Origin: Psilocybe cubensis
Lineage: Eukaryota
Direction of reading: 5' to 3'
Assembly (NCBI GenBank): GCA_017499595.2
Contig: CM039005.1
Coordinates: forward strand, 1,488,001 to 1,552,000
DNA: 64,000 bases
The notes beneath the pieces were generated by a model, which saw nothing but the letters and a program-made list of their open reading frames with translations, did no database searches and had not been told where the DNA came from. A program made the translations under genes and the position numbers. This document shows, in pieces, positions 24,525 to 37,958 of this stretch (within the stretch, counting starts at the first letter, position 1; the number at the start of each line of letters is the position of its first letter).

Positions 24525-27058
24525 TTATGTCTTGAAGATTCTCAGCAACCGTGCCTCTGTCACAATCCGCGTGCGGCATAGTGGGCACTCGCGTGAGCTT
24601 GCCATAACGAGATCTGAGCATCCTCTGCACATCGCCATATGTCTGCAAAGAATAAGGCGTCAGCAAAGCAAGAAAACGCCCATATAGCAGGGAAACAAAA
24701 ACGAAAAAAGCCACGTACCCGCAATCCACAATGGCGATATTCGCTTCCTCGTCCTGGCAAATAACACAGAGCCCCGTACGCTCAAGCGTCGACGCCGAAC
24801 CCTGCGTTTTCGGCGGGGCACGCGTAGGCGCAGGTGCGGGCGTTGGAGTAGGCGCTTGGGGCGCACTGTCCGCCGCGGAAGCCGACGGCTCGTCGGTAAC
24901 CATAGCCTCCCCAGCACCTCCCTCTCCCTCCCCACTCGCACTCGCGCTCGCACCGCCACTCCCATCCATCTGCGCCATCCTCGCCCTCTCCGCTGCGCGC
25001 CTCTCCCGCTCCCTCTCCCCCTCCTCCCTCTCCATCCTCACCCGCTCCTCCTCCTCCCGTCTCTCCTGCTCCCGCTGCAACCTCTCCATCTCCTCCCTCT
25101 CCTCAATCCTCCGCATCCGCTCGCGCTCAGCCCGCTCGTCCTCCACCAGTGTGACGACCTTACGCACGAGATCACCCTTCTCCAGGATCTGCCCATGTCC
25201 CGCAGGAACATGGTTCGTGAAGAGGATAGCTTTAAGCGCCGAGATGCTCAGTGCTGATATATCGGAGGTGGGCATAGCAAGTAGCTCATCAAGCGTCGGC
25301 GGGGGAGGGGGAGGGGGAGTCGGTGTTGCAGCCGCAGGTGGATGCGAAGGTGTCGACGCAGCGCGCTGTCGGGGCGGCGGCGGCGGAGGTTGGGTGTACT
25401 GATGATAGTGATACTGATTTTGCGGCTGTGGCGGCGGATGCGCATGCCCATAACTATACGCGTGGGGGAACGACTGTGGGTGCGTATGTGACGGGGGCGG
25501 GGGAGGCTGGCTGGGGTATCGCGGTGTCGGGCGCGTCTGATAATTCTGCGGAGGAGGCGGGCGTGAGTGATGCGGAGGCGGTGGCGGTGGGGGAGCTTGC
25601 TGTTGGTGGTACTGCTGCTGTGGTGGCGGCGGGGGAGGCCGATTGTAACCGAACCCAGGCGCCGGTTGCTGTGGTGGCGGCGCCGAGTTCCCGTACGCTG
25701 AACGTGGACGCGGCGGCGGTTGCGGTGGGTGATGCTGCCAGTTGTAGCCCTGTTGCTGTTGTTGCTGCTGAGGGGGCGGCGGTGGGTATGTCGCGTGAGG
25801 CGGAGGCGGAGGCGGCGGAGGGCCATCCGGCGCTAAATCAGGCCGCGCAAACTCGGGCATGTTGTCCGCACTACGTGGCGGGACTGGGGGCGGGGTATTC
25901 TGCGCAGAGCTCGGGCCTTGTTGACGAGAAAAAAATCCACGCGCGCGCCCAGGCGGTTTATTCGGCACAGAGTATTTTCTGTAATAGTTCTGCAATCGAC
26001 GACAACATGGTTAAACTTTCATTATTGGCTTTAAATACAGACAAAAACAAGCAGACCTCGTTCGCCGGAGGTAAACACCCATTTGGAGCCTATTTATCAA
26101 GTGTGCGATGTTCAATGAACGCCGTTAAGTTGAGATCTGTCAGGGGAGGCGCACCTTGGCCGAGATGATGGCGTCAATGAGATCGTCCTTCTCCACCGCA
26201 CGGTCGATCTTGATGTTATACGAATTGATGTACTTCTTCAGTTTCGCAAGCGACATCGTCTTAAGCTGATGTCGTCCAGCAGCAGTGACTGAGATACATA
26301 ACGATACCGCAACGCACCCACAAAGGGACACATAGACAGGTTCCAACATAATACAAGGAACAAGGAATTGATTAGCAACGGAACTTTCCCATAGCATACA
26401 ATCAAACGCAGGGGTTTTGGATTCAATGAAAGAAAAAAGGATGCAGCACTCACTGTTCAAAAGCTCTATGCAGAATGCACATACAGGTACAGCATCGTAT
26501 CCCGTCGTGGACGCACCCCCACCACCAGTACCATTTGCAGACCGGGGCATCATCGCCTGGTAGTCTGTGCAGTTGTGGCAGTAAGCATACCCTGCCGAAA
26601 TCGAATCGAATCGAGCGCGTAGATGATGTGTTGATTGATTGGGGAAGTGGGGAACAAATCGTTTCGTATCGTCGGATGGGTAGAGTCGATTCGGGGTGAT
26701 GTGAAGTGAAGTGAGGGGAAGTAAGTTGAAAGAATATATGATGAGAATGTCATTCAGAAACTAAGAAATGCTGCGAAAAAGAGAAACGAAAGGAAAGACC
26801 TCTTCCCTTCCAAAAAACCCAACATCAATACCAACACTCGCACCCAACCTCTACTCGACCGCACGACCCTCAAAAAGACAAAAGACAAAGATACAAACAA
26901 CACGCACCACAATGATTACACTTCCTCGATCTCGCAAACAGAATATTAAACTCCTTATTACACTTCCTGCACGAGTCGTCCGAGCTCGCGCTCGCGCTTG
27001 GGATCTCGAGCGGTGGTGGTGGGCCACTTAGCAGCGGGAGACCGCGGATCTCTGACAT
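24525..27058 (-). CDS. RNF34/RFFL-like E3 ubiquitin ligase: FYVE-like finger, SAP-like helices, Pro/Gln-rich linker, C3HC4 RING (6 exons)
   Basis: CRKCNKEF..RKCNHC|GYAYCHNC...VCAFC; LKKYINSYNIKIDRAVEKDDLI; ILEKGDLV; CVICQDEEANIAIVDCG|HMAMCRGC..CPLCRTRIVTEARLLRIFKT*. Confidence 0.88.
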
Positions 27059-27559
27059 CCCCTTTGATTTGAGTTCTTGGATTTGTGGATGTGGTGTTTG
27101 ATTGTTTGTGCGATGGTTTGGGTTGTGTGGGTTGGTGTCTATGGAAACTCGTGCTTTCGAGTGGTGCAGATGGGATGGGGTAAGATGGGAAGAGATTGGT
27201 GGGTGAGATGAGGGAGAGTAGAGGTAGAGTTGCAGCTGCTGGTCAAAGTCGAAAGGTCCGAGTCCGAGTCCAAGTCCAATTCCAGACGTCCAAGTCTAAG
27301 GCTCAAGCTCAAGCTCGAGATACACTGTAGATCCACAGTCCCAATGCAATACGTACGCACCACCAAGCGCAGCTCAAGGGCGATGGTAGAAGAACGAGAA
27401 AGAAGAGGAGGGATGAGTAATAATCAAGCCTTTCCGTTTCGACCAACTTGCCTAAGCAAGGAATGTGCTAGAGACATCTAGCGCACGTGATTTATCAGCA
27501 ACTGTGCAAACTGTGCCTAAAGTAGCACAGCCACGACTCCGATTCGCAACAATTTTACA

Positions 27560-27820
27560 CGCGGGGTTTGTTTTTCATTTTCCGTCCTGTTCTTTTCGTT
27601 TCTGTAACACTCTCACCGGCATCCACTTTCTCGCTCTCGCTCTCACTCTCACTATTTACAGTTTGTGATTTCCATCTATGTACACGTTTGTACCACGCGG
27701 TCGCAGTCGGCCCTGTGCGGAACCTCGTTCTGCGTGACGGGTGATGACGCTGTGTGATGATGATGATGATAATGATGATGGATCTTCAGTGAGTAATATT
27801 TGTAGGTGCATCGATGACTC
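27560..27820. repeat. Left copy of a decayed direct repeat flanking the laccase
   Basis: Collinear blocks CACTCTCA, TACACGTT..CACGCGGTC, CCTCGTT, TGATGATGGATC and ATCGATG shared with 32790-32935. Confidence 0.6.
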
Positions 27821-29753
27821 GGATCCACTCGGATTCAGATGGTGCGGTCACACAATCCGAGTGGATTTATCCTGTGAGTTTCCTTAGATGGATATAGCGC
27901 CTATAGCATGGATGGAGGACCGGATTTTAACTTGTGTACGTACCATTCAGGTACGTGCTGCAGAGTCAAGACGACTCTACTAACCAGTGCCTTCAGACGC
28001 CTTCCTGTTATCCCAGTAGCTCAGGCACATACATGTATGTGCCTGAGGCTAAAGGTCATTGGAACTTTACTCACCAACTTGCCGTTGTACAAGTCGAGGT
28101 ACGCTCGAGCGCGCATATATCTCTCTCAAAATGTATACTCGGTGGGCTTTCTATGCACCTCCTTTACAAATCGTTACTACTGGGCTCAGTGTGTCCTCGC
28201 CAACCGACGCCAGGACATACCGCCAATTGCCTCATAGTCAACATTAAAAGCTGTATTCACCCATGGTAAAGATCCCAGAACGTGTGTATACGAAGGACAT
28301 CGGGTGCAGCAAGTGGACGACACCAGAAGACCCAACAGAACAATAAATTAGCAACTTACACCAAAGTAGAAAAGTACGTCGCACATTCCCAGAAAGTCTC
28401 CCACGATAACCCTATTTTTCTTCTTGCATTCCTGGCATGGTTTAACAGTCACCGTTCAAGGAGAGCAGTCGAGCAGATGAGACGGTGTAAGGCTTCGCAT
28501 CATTCCGCATTGACATATTACATACACAATACTACACGGAGATTAACTGTTTTATTTATTCTACAGCTCAGTCTTGACCAGATTAAGGTACAAGTTTGAC
28601 CTTTGAACTCAACACAATTGAGGCCAGACAGAGGGAATAATGTTGAGTATAACTTCTGGTCTGCGTAGAGAAATGAAACGAATATTGGGAATGATTTTTC
28701 CCGAAAAGGCCTCAGCTAACGCCAAAGAGGAGGACGCAGAGAAGGACTCATATTCGAATCAGGTGGATTCGAATTCAACTTCTTGTAGAGTTTATGTCCC
28801 AATTGACATGATTTGGTAGGCTCTCCCGCACATCTATCACCTTATAACTTACACTCGTACCTAGGGCTTTGGAGAGAAATGGTTGGGGAAAATGATCAGC
28901 TGTTGGACATGTTTAGAACTACGTAAAATCAGGACTCCATTGGACACGCCATCCCACATCAAAATAACGACACCTGAGAACGTCTTCTATACTTTGTCTT
29001 GATTTTTACAGCTTTGAGGCCAGAGAAGCGGTCATATTGCTTAGTATTTTATCAAGTCCAACAATCTTGCGTATTTGAGCTCTAAAACTGCTCGAGTCTC
29101 TATCGATTTTGGAGAGGTGCAGGACTATTCGAGCTCGAAATCAACTTACGGTTAGAATGAGCTAACTTTCTCAGGTTAGAAATAACGAAATACGAAAGCT
29201 ATGATTTCTTTGACGCTACCCCAGACCAGGCCGAGGCAAGAAGACAAGGTAAAATGGAAATTCTTAAAATTCTTCGACTGTTGTACCATAAATGTTCCAC
29301 CTAAAAATTGATCAACAATTTAAAGCTGATGTATATAGAAAAAGACACAGCCTACCTCAAAATGCACTGTGCATGTGAGTCTAATAGGCGAACCTTTTCT
29401 TCCAGAAAGGAACAAACTCTCTTTAAAATGAGATTCCATGCACCATGTACTGACAAAAATGAGATAGTGGCTGATTTTTCTAGACTAATGGACCTGATTT
29501 CTGGAGTAGACCAGGTACTTTCGGGTTCGTAACGTAAAGAGGTACCGAGCAATGTTGAAACTTTTGTCTCATTGGCGTCGAGTAGGTAGGACCACTGTAG
29601 ATGAGATGTTGGTTCTAGTCTTGCACCAGGAGAGAATTAATTTTAATGCGCGAGTGGCTCTAGATTTCTATTTTTGTTTAACTACAACACATATAAGATG
29701 CTGCTTCAGTGCCGCTTCACAGTAACTCTCGCAGTTCTGTAAGCTCTCAAGCA

Positions 29754-32054
29754 ATGCGTTTTCTAAGCGGCATTGTTGTACTTCTATGGGGACTCCAGAC
29801 CTACGCTATCACCATAGGTCCCTCCGCTAATTTATACATCGGCAACAAAGTCATAGCTCCGGATGGAAATAAGCGCTCGTAACACGTTCACTCCTCTTCC
29901 CACCGAAGTTTGTGTTGACGATTCATAGGACCGTTTTGGCTGGGGCATCGTTCAACACCCTGTCTTTTCCAGGACCTGTAATCCGGGCAACAAAGGTCTA
30001 TCTGTTGATTTATTCACGAGCAGCGGACTGACATTGATGTGCATTACCTAGGGCGACACGTTACGGATCAACGTAGTGAATCAGTTAACCGATACCACCA
30101 TGTTAACGGGAACCAGCATCGTAACAATCCTCTTCTTACCCTAACCTTCGTACTATCTGAGGAATTATTTAGCACTGGCACGGCTTACACCAAAAAGGAA
30201 CCAGCTGGGCCGACGGTGTGGTCGGTGTAACTCAGTGCCCTATCGCTCCGGGCCGCTCTTTCTTGTATCAATTTCCCACGGCCAATCAAGCTGGGACTTT
30301 TTGGTACCATTCTCACTACTGTGCGTGTGCAACGCCAAAAATTGGCGAAGGTGTTATTGATGAAGATTTTATATAGCTACGCAGTATTGCGATGGCCTCA
30401 GAGGCGCTTTGGTTGTTTATGACCCAGCTGATCCATACAGAACCTGGTGAGTTGATTGATGCCATTCCGAGCTGCATCTATGTTGACGTATGTAGGTATG
30501 ATATCGACGACGGTAAGACTTGTGTTCCTGAATCGTGGCAGGGTAGATGTTGTTGAACTTTTATTTTATCTACAGAAACTACAATCATCACCCTTGCAGA
30601 TTGGTGGGTCCTGAAACACATTACACTGCCGTACCATTCAAATTGACTGCGTATCGGGATGAAGGTATCATAATGTTGCCCATTTAGAGCCTCTTCCTGC
30701 CGAAGCAGACTCAGTTCTGATCAACGGGAAAGGTCGTGTCGTTGGCGGATCTGCTTCTCCGCTAGCGGTCGTAATGGTAATTCCCAACAAACGTTATCGT
30801 TTTCGTCTGGTTTCTATCTCGTGCGGTCCTGCGTTCACATTTTCGATTGATGGACATCCTATGGTAAGCTTTGCTTTAAAACTACCACAATCATGAATAT
30901 TAATGTGCTCTATGTTGCATATACCGACAATAGACTGTTATAGAAGCCGACTCTCAGAGCGTGCAACCTCTTACGGTTAATGAAATTGTCATTTTCGCTG
31001 GTCAACGATATTCCTTCATTCTTTATGCCAATAATCCAATCGGAAACTACTGGATTCGGTCCCAACCCGATGAAGATGCTCCAGGGGGCTTCGAGGGAGG
31101 TGCCAACTCTGCCATACTGCGTTACTATGGTGCGCCCACCATCAACCCGACGACATCAAAGGCTTCCGTTTCAAACCCTCTGATCGAGGCAAACCTCCGG
31201 CCTCTCTATAATCCTGCCGCTCCGGGAATTCCACGACCGGGAGCTGCAGATGTCAACATCAAACTAGATGTCACTTACAATGAGCAAACAAGGAAATTCT
31301 TTATCAACAATGCCACCTTCACAGAAGTCCGCGTTCCGGTGTTGCTTCAGATCCTCAGCGGAGCACGCGCAGCGAGTGATTTGCTCCCCAAAGGAGTGGT
31401 GTATAGTCTCCCTCCTAACAAAGTCATAGAGATATCTATGCCTGGCGGCAGTACTGGAAGTCCGGTGAGGCTTTTCTCAATCAAGATTGTATCATATTTA
31501 ACTTCATGTTTACCCGTTGTAGCACCCTATGCATTTGCATGGCGTATGTGGTAAACTTTTATATGCTTGACATTCCTGATCATTCTCTATAGCATGACTT
31601 TTCCGTCGTGAGGAGTGCAGGTAGCAATCGCTACAACTATGTCAATCCAGTCAGGCGCGACGTTGTCAATATAGGCCGACAAACTACAGACAACGTTACC
31701 ATACGGTTCACGACCGACAACGCTGGACCTTGGATTCTGCACTGGTGCGTTTGCTGAATTCTAATCGCCCTTCTACGTTCTGACAAATCATCCATTAGCC
31801 ATATTGACTGGCATCTTGAAGCGTAAGTCTCCATGCTTGTCAATCGAGTACTTTCCTAATCAGATCACTTCCTTTATCCAGTGGTATGGCGGTTGTATTT
31901 GCAGAAGATTTCCAATCCATCAAACTCAGCAAGCCTCCCCGTATGTTCATTCCATAGCTGTTATTAAAAGTCCGTGACTCAGTTGAACTCTACAGCTGCT
32001 TGGGATCAGCTTTGCCCTACCTTCAATGCTTTGCCTCCTCAAACATTCCATTGA
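29754..32054 (+). CDS. Laccase (AA1_1 multicopper oxidase), multi-exon
   Basis: Signal peptide [18 protein letters not shown]; copper motifs [30 protein letters not shown]-terminus [18 protein letters not shown]. Confidence 0.95.
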
Positions 32055-32789
32055 TCAAGGTTCCAGTAAGAACACATCCGGTGACTCTCGACCTTCAATC
32101 TAGGAGAAAGATTCTTTTCTTTTCGTCTGATGGCTGGAATGCAGAATGGTGTCAAAAGTTCAAATTCACAATGTTGAACTAAAATTACTGTGAAAATTTT
32201 TTTGTACAAGTACTTCAGCGGTTTTCCGAGTTCAGTTACCAATTGTTTTAAGTAACTTCAATGATATGTAGTCTCAATGCATCGTGCATTCACCGGACCC
32301 TGTTAACCTGACGTGGAGCAGCACTTGCAGCAGGTCCCGTCTCTTTCCGCGTCTGATCTTTTAGAATTGTTGAGAGATATGATACAATATCTGAATTGTC
32401 TGCCATGACAGGGTAATTAGTCCAAGAAACTTTGCGCGTATTAATATATATCATCGAGCGGACCGGGCATCGAGCATTCTCGGCCAAGTCTCCGTGCGTG
32501 CGTATGGGGTGTGTTAATAAATATGTTAACCATTGCTCGGAAATTGACCTATGCATGCAGTATAACGTAAATTCAATGAGATGGTGTGGGGTGAGGTGAG
32601 GTGATTGATCAAATCTAGAGTCAGAATTGAGTGGCTACCCACTTAGCGCAAGAAAAAAGGGCGAATAAAATCAAAAGGCAGGTAAGGAAACCACTAAAGA
32701 CGAGTAATAGCAGTCCTGCAGGCCGGGTCTACACAAACTCGGCATACATTTAGCATACTGTAACTTATCAACAATGATGTAGGAATCCG

Positions 32790-32935
32790 AGGTATTTTTT
32801 AGCATTCTGTTCTGTTCTCGGTTCTGCACTCTCATCGAGATCGCCGTTTATCTACACGTTGATTACACGCGGTCATAACTACCTGCCTCGTTACACCACG
32901 GTGATGATGGATCGAGCAGATGTATCGATGGCTTC
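32790..32935. repeat. Right copy of the decayed direct repeat flanking the laccase
   Basis: Same collinear blocks as 27560-27820. Confidence 0.6.
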
Positions 32936-35454
32936 ATTCAAAGTGGGCCTGGATCTCTCCCTGAGAAGCAATTGCAATTAACTTGCTTAAACTTACTGTA
33001 TACATACGTCATTAAACTCCATCATACGCATAACACCCATAAATCGTCATATCGTCATCCGTTGGCGGGGTTTTGAGGTCCACTGACACTGACAGTTCGT
33101 TCATTGATTCATTTGATCTCAAGTTGTACCTACACATATACAATCATAACATATTTACCCGGAGGCATTTGCAGATCACCAATTTATTGATATTGACAGT
33201 AAAAAGAAATTCACTTATCGAGCGGGGCCGGCTCAACCTTTTCTTAGGGGAAATTCAAGAGCAGGTGATATGGGTGCCCGAATCCGAATCCGAGTTCTGG
33301 TTTCTTATCAGACAACAATAGACACCCTGACACTCGGGCACAGCGACATTCGTCCCCAGCAGCGTGAGTGTGCATGTATATTAAGAGATTTGGGCTCCGA
33401 GTAACTAAACCTATAAGAAACTCAATAAATATGGACAGAACAGGCACTAGCGAGGGCATTTGATTACGATTCAACGTCTGAACGAAATTTCCGAGCCCTT
33501 CCTCTACATGGTTTAGCATATAGAAGAAACACGCACTCGGGAAGCTGAAAGAAAATCAAAGAATCTCGGAAGACATGTAAATAAACACGCTTTTTGCCAG
33601 CTTCCAGAATTCATAAACCTAAAGCATTAAATCTCCCGAGGAAGCTCAGAAAATGCGCATCCAGTAACATATACATGACAAATCCTCCCTTAGTCAATTG
33701 CCCCCCCCCCCCCCCTTCCCCCCCTGCATCCCAAGTCTTCCATAAAACACCCGTGATCCGAGATTCCAACGGGAATCCCATCAAAACCCTAAGATCGCCG
33801 TTCGCCGTGAATATCAACTTCGCCGTCCGTCCGCTCACCCAAAGAGCCAGAGTATGCAAAAAGAAAAAACGCCAAAAAGATAGCATTGCATCACATCATA
33901 AATACCCTTGAAAATGCCATCCTTTTTCCAGAAATAAAATCTTTGCGGGCTTAATTATAACTTGAACAGAACCACTTCAAGTTGCCCATATTGTGCTTTT
34001 GACGATTTATGCTGACCCTAGGCTTTCGTCGCATCCTAAACTCAAACTTACGATACCGATGCCAAGGCACACATATCGATATACACCTGGTTCTTGCTGA
34101 TATAACCAAAGTTCAACCATCCCCGTGAAACAGACATATAAGTATTTAATAAAACAATATAAGCGCTGTTCCACGAGGTTCGCAAGGATAACATTCTCAG
34201 GGGCGTCGCTTCTGGAGTTGAATGTGGTTATACTTGTCATGATAATGATTATAATTGATCCAATTCATTTCAACTTATTGATGTGATCCATCATTATAAT
34301 CATGCAACAGGATGGAATGAAACATATGGGTTCTGTACTAATTATATGTAACTTATCAGGTGTATATTCTATTCCGACTCTCTGATTTCTATTCTATGAA
34401 CTTGCATCTTCATTGAATCATCATGATCATATTGTCAGCATTATTGCATGTGTTATTGACGTAGAGTGGTGAGATATTATTGAGAGACGGGTACGGAGAT
34501 ATGTATAAATAGTCCATCTCATCTCACTTTCCTCAGCACCGGCATGCTTAATCTCTAATTGGCTATCGGGATGTGTTTGTAAAAGATTTTTGCTTCATGA
34601 TTTGAGAGTCAGCAATTCATATTCATTACTCACATAGGAATTAAGTTCTGGAAATGAGGTAATTGCCAGGACTAGGTAGCAATCGTCTACCATAAATTCT
34701 AAGCTCCACGGGCGCTTCTGCATCACGTAAAGATAACAAAATCTCCTGCAGAATTAAAGATCTTGATCAATACATCCATTCTCCGTGAGCTTATAGCTAC
34801 CTTGCTGCTTCTTGTATACGCTCAGGAAGAGGCATTTCAGAGAGGCAAAATCATAACACTTATTAATCCGACAGCATTTTCATCCTAAAGAAGTCCTTCA
34901 CCCCACTGGCGGATAGATATCCGCTAGCATTAGCGCCCAACGCGTCTCGGCTTTGATACAACCGACGACTGAAACTGATTCCTACACACGGTCTACGCAT
35001 GATAATAATATTCATCACTAAATCCCTAGACTTCATGCACCTCATACACTTCAGTTCAATATTTCCAAGCATCCTACGGACCCAACACGATCGTCGTCCA
35101 AATACATGGGAAGAGTGAAATTGGCATTTAGTCCACACTGAGGTGTCGATAAACGTGCAACAAGAAATTAGATTACTTGTGTGACAAACATAGGGGTAGG
35201 TTATAGCTATGATCTAGTTCAATTTAGTGAGCGAATCAACCAAGGAGAGAGGTGGTTAATGAGTGATAATGAGTGAAGGGGAAATAAAGTCCAGACTACG
35301 TGATTTGCTAAATACAGGGTTTGCACAAGTTCCAGTTTTCAGAACAGAACGAGACGAACAAGACACTGGTGAAGGAATATACCAAGAGCGGCGGCATGAA
35401 GAGGAATGACAAAATACACATTGTCCTTCATATGAGAAAGATAGGTGACAATTC

Positions 35455-37958
35455 TCAATAGCCGCTGTGTGATTTGGGCACCGCGTGCGTCTGCCCAGGG
35501 TGGCCGGAGTATTTCTCGTATTCTCCGAACACCTGGCTCCTGCTCCCAATCGACGACGCCCTATTGTCATCCATATACGGTGCATTCAAGTTGGCCGAAG
35601 ATGCCCAAGGGTCCGATGTATCGTTGTATTTGCCTTGCGCAAGCGGGACAAAAATGCCCGACTCGCCTTTGTGCGATGTCCAGCCAGCGCCGGCGGTCGG
35701 AGAGAGCGGGTAAGCCTTGCTCGGTGCAAGGCATGCCGACGCGCGTCTGCGCCAGACGGCGAAGAGCACGCCTATCACCGCAACTATAGCAATTCCCACG
35801 ACAATAGCGCCTATGATGAAGCCGAGGTTGTGGGACTTCTTCGCGTCACCGCCTGAGCCGCCATCCAAATTCGATGTACCGTTCTGCCCAGGGTGCACGC
35901 CCCCTGTCGCCGAGTCGAGGCGGACGCTTGCTGGGAGTGCGCCAACTGGTGAAGTTGGTTGTTTCTCGATGTTTCCGCTGCCGACAATGACATACGAACC
36001 GTTGCTTGGTATTCCGTGGATGGTGACATACAAAAATGCGGGTCCTGGCTGGAAGATGTTGGGAATGGGCGGCATCTGCGACACATGGAGCGTTATAGAT
36101 CCGCCCTTATTTACAGTGTATGTATTGTTAAGCTGCAAAAATCGTTGTCCCATATTCATGCCGTGCGTAGTAAACCCACCACGGATGACGACAACTGTGG
36201 TATTGTCTGCAGCATCATTTGATGAGCCCGAGTAAGAGGTCGAAGGGATCGTAATGTCGAATGGATTGCCACCGTATGACAGTGTCTTTGGGATACCTGT
36301 GGGCACAGGACGAACACTGGCACTGAAGTAAGGAGGGAAGAAAATCTCTGCGCGATATTCGGTAGGGAAGACAGTTGTTAGATTTACATCGGGATTGGGA
36401 TTGGATCCGGCCACCAGGACGGATGCGTCTGGGAGAAGGATAGCAGAGGAATGATACAACCGTGGTATAGGTGAAGGAGATAATCCTTTGTTAGACCATC
36501 TGCTTCCGGCTGGTGCGTTTGGGTTGTAAATGGCTGGCGTGAAAACAGGGCCAGATGCTAATGAAACCCCAAATGGCGTCTCCTTAATGAAGGGGTCGGT
36601 TGTGATATTGAAATACCCAGCGGTACCATTGAGTCCCCCATTAATCATCAACAGAGTTCCATCCGGAAGAATTATAAATTGTCCCATCGTTCGTGTCTCG
36701 AGCATGTTATCGTCCGCTACATAGACTGGTGCTGATCCGTCCTGTGGCTCTGGAGTAATACGTTGGCAATCATTTGAAGCAGGTATTTTCCAGGTTTCAA
36801 CACGAGGGCCACTATAGCTACCATAATCATCGTCCGCCATTGTTGAGCCTCCACAGAAGATGATGGTTGGGTTATAGTTGTTGGCTGGAGTCAAAGGGAG
36901 CATTGCAGCACCACCAGAGGCAGGGTACACCCGAACAACGCCATTGGGCATATCTGGTAGGGGTGTCTGAGTGTTTGTTGTATGGTCCCAAATCACTTCA
37001 GAAATCGGTCAAAAGGGTAGTTAATGTAGAAGAAAGCAGATATGCGCACTGGAAGAACGATTAGCTTGGACAAAGATATTTCCGGAGGGCATCAAAAACA
37101 TGTGTGCGTATGCATTTAACCCCCCTGCATCGACAAGAAACTGAACTAATTGTGGATCGGCATCTTTTGCAGGATAATACTCGTAGGTACTCTGCGCTTG
37201 CGTGTTTTGCGTGATGGGATCCCTAACTGGAAATTCTCGATTGACATACCCACCAGCAGTGAATCCGCCGAGAATGACAATGGTACCATCTCCTAAAGGT
37301 TCAAGAGCTGCGTACCACCTGGGTGCCTTCATTGCTAAAACCGACGAGTCATCGAACCATTTACATTGTGGGGAGGTAAAATCATCGCCAGATCTGCAAG
37401 GATTAAGAATACGAATCGATTTTCGTCCGTCAAAATCTTGGTATACTGCGTCCCAGAATCCTGTACCTGTTCCGTCCGTATTCTTTGTTGAGCCAGGTGC
37501 ACCGTTTATCGTGATACCGTCGTTTCCACCCAAGTTGATGAAGGAGCCATTGGGCAAATGCATCCCAGAGGAACAAAACGTATTTGATCGAATATCCATC
37601 ACCTCTGCTTGTTGCGAAGCTATATCCCTGAAGATGCAAAATGTCAAGCCGGTGGCAAAAAAACTCGATTGATGCGCACGGATCTCACCATTTCGATCCC
37701 CATGCCGGATGACCTGCAACTGCAGCTGCGTTCCCCTCAGCCTTGTCGATAATGTAGACCGTGTCTTCATTCCCCAAAAACATCTTGCAACCAATCGAGT
37801 TTGACACAGAGCGGAGAAAAGTGTGCAGTGGATGTACTTACCAACAGTGCGCTGACCAGTGTATTACCGGCCTGGGTAAATGAGCCAGCGCTGCTTGCTA
37901 GCACGGTCGAAGACCCCAGCAAGAGAACCGCAACGGATATTCGCGGCGACAAAATCAT
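35455..37958 (-). CDS. Copper radical oxidase / glyoxal oxidase family (AA5_1, CRO2-like) with C-terminal transmembrane helix
   Basis: Signal peptide MILSPRISVAVLLLGSSTVLA; NTFCSSG, RWYA, RLYHS and GFTTHG active-site motifs; TM segment GFIIGAIVVGIAIVAVIGVLFAVW followed by RRR and a cytoplasmic tail. Confidence 0.92.

Noticed and set aside
24731-26168. Long plus-strand ORFs overlapping the RING gene, and similar ORFs over the kinase and CRO genes
   Set aside because: Antisense shadows of GC-rich coding sequence
29754-32054. Assigning the laccase to a named gene such as psiL
   Set aside because: Orthology cannot be established without an alignment, and no biosynthetic cluster genes are present in the window
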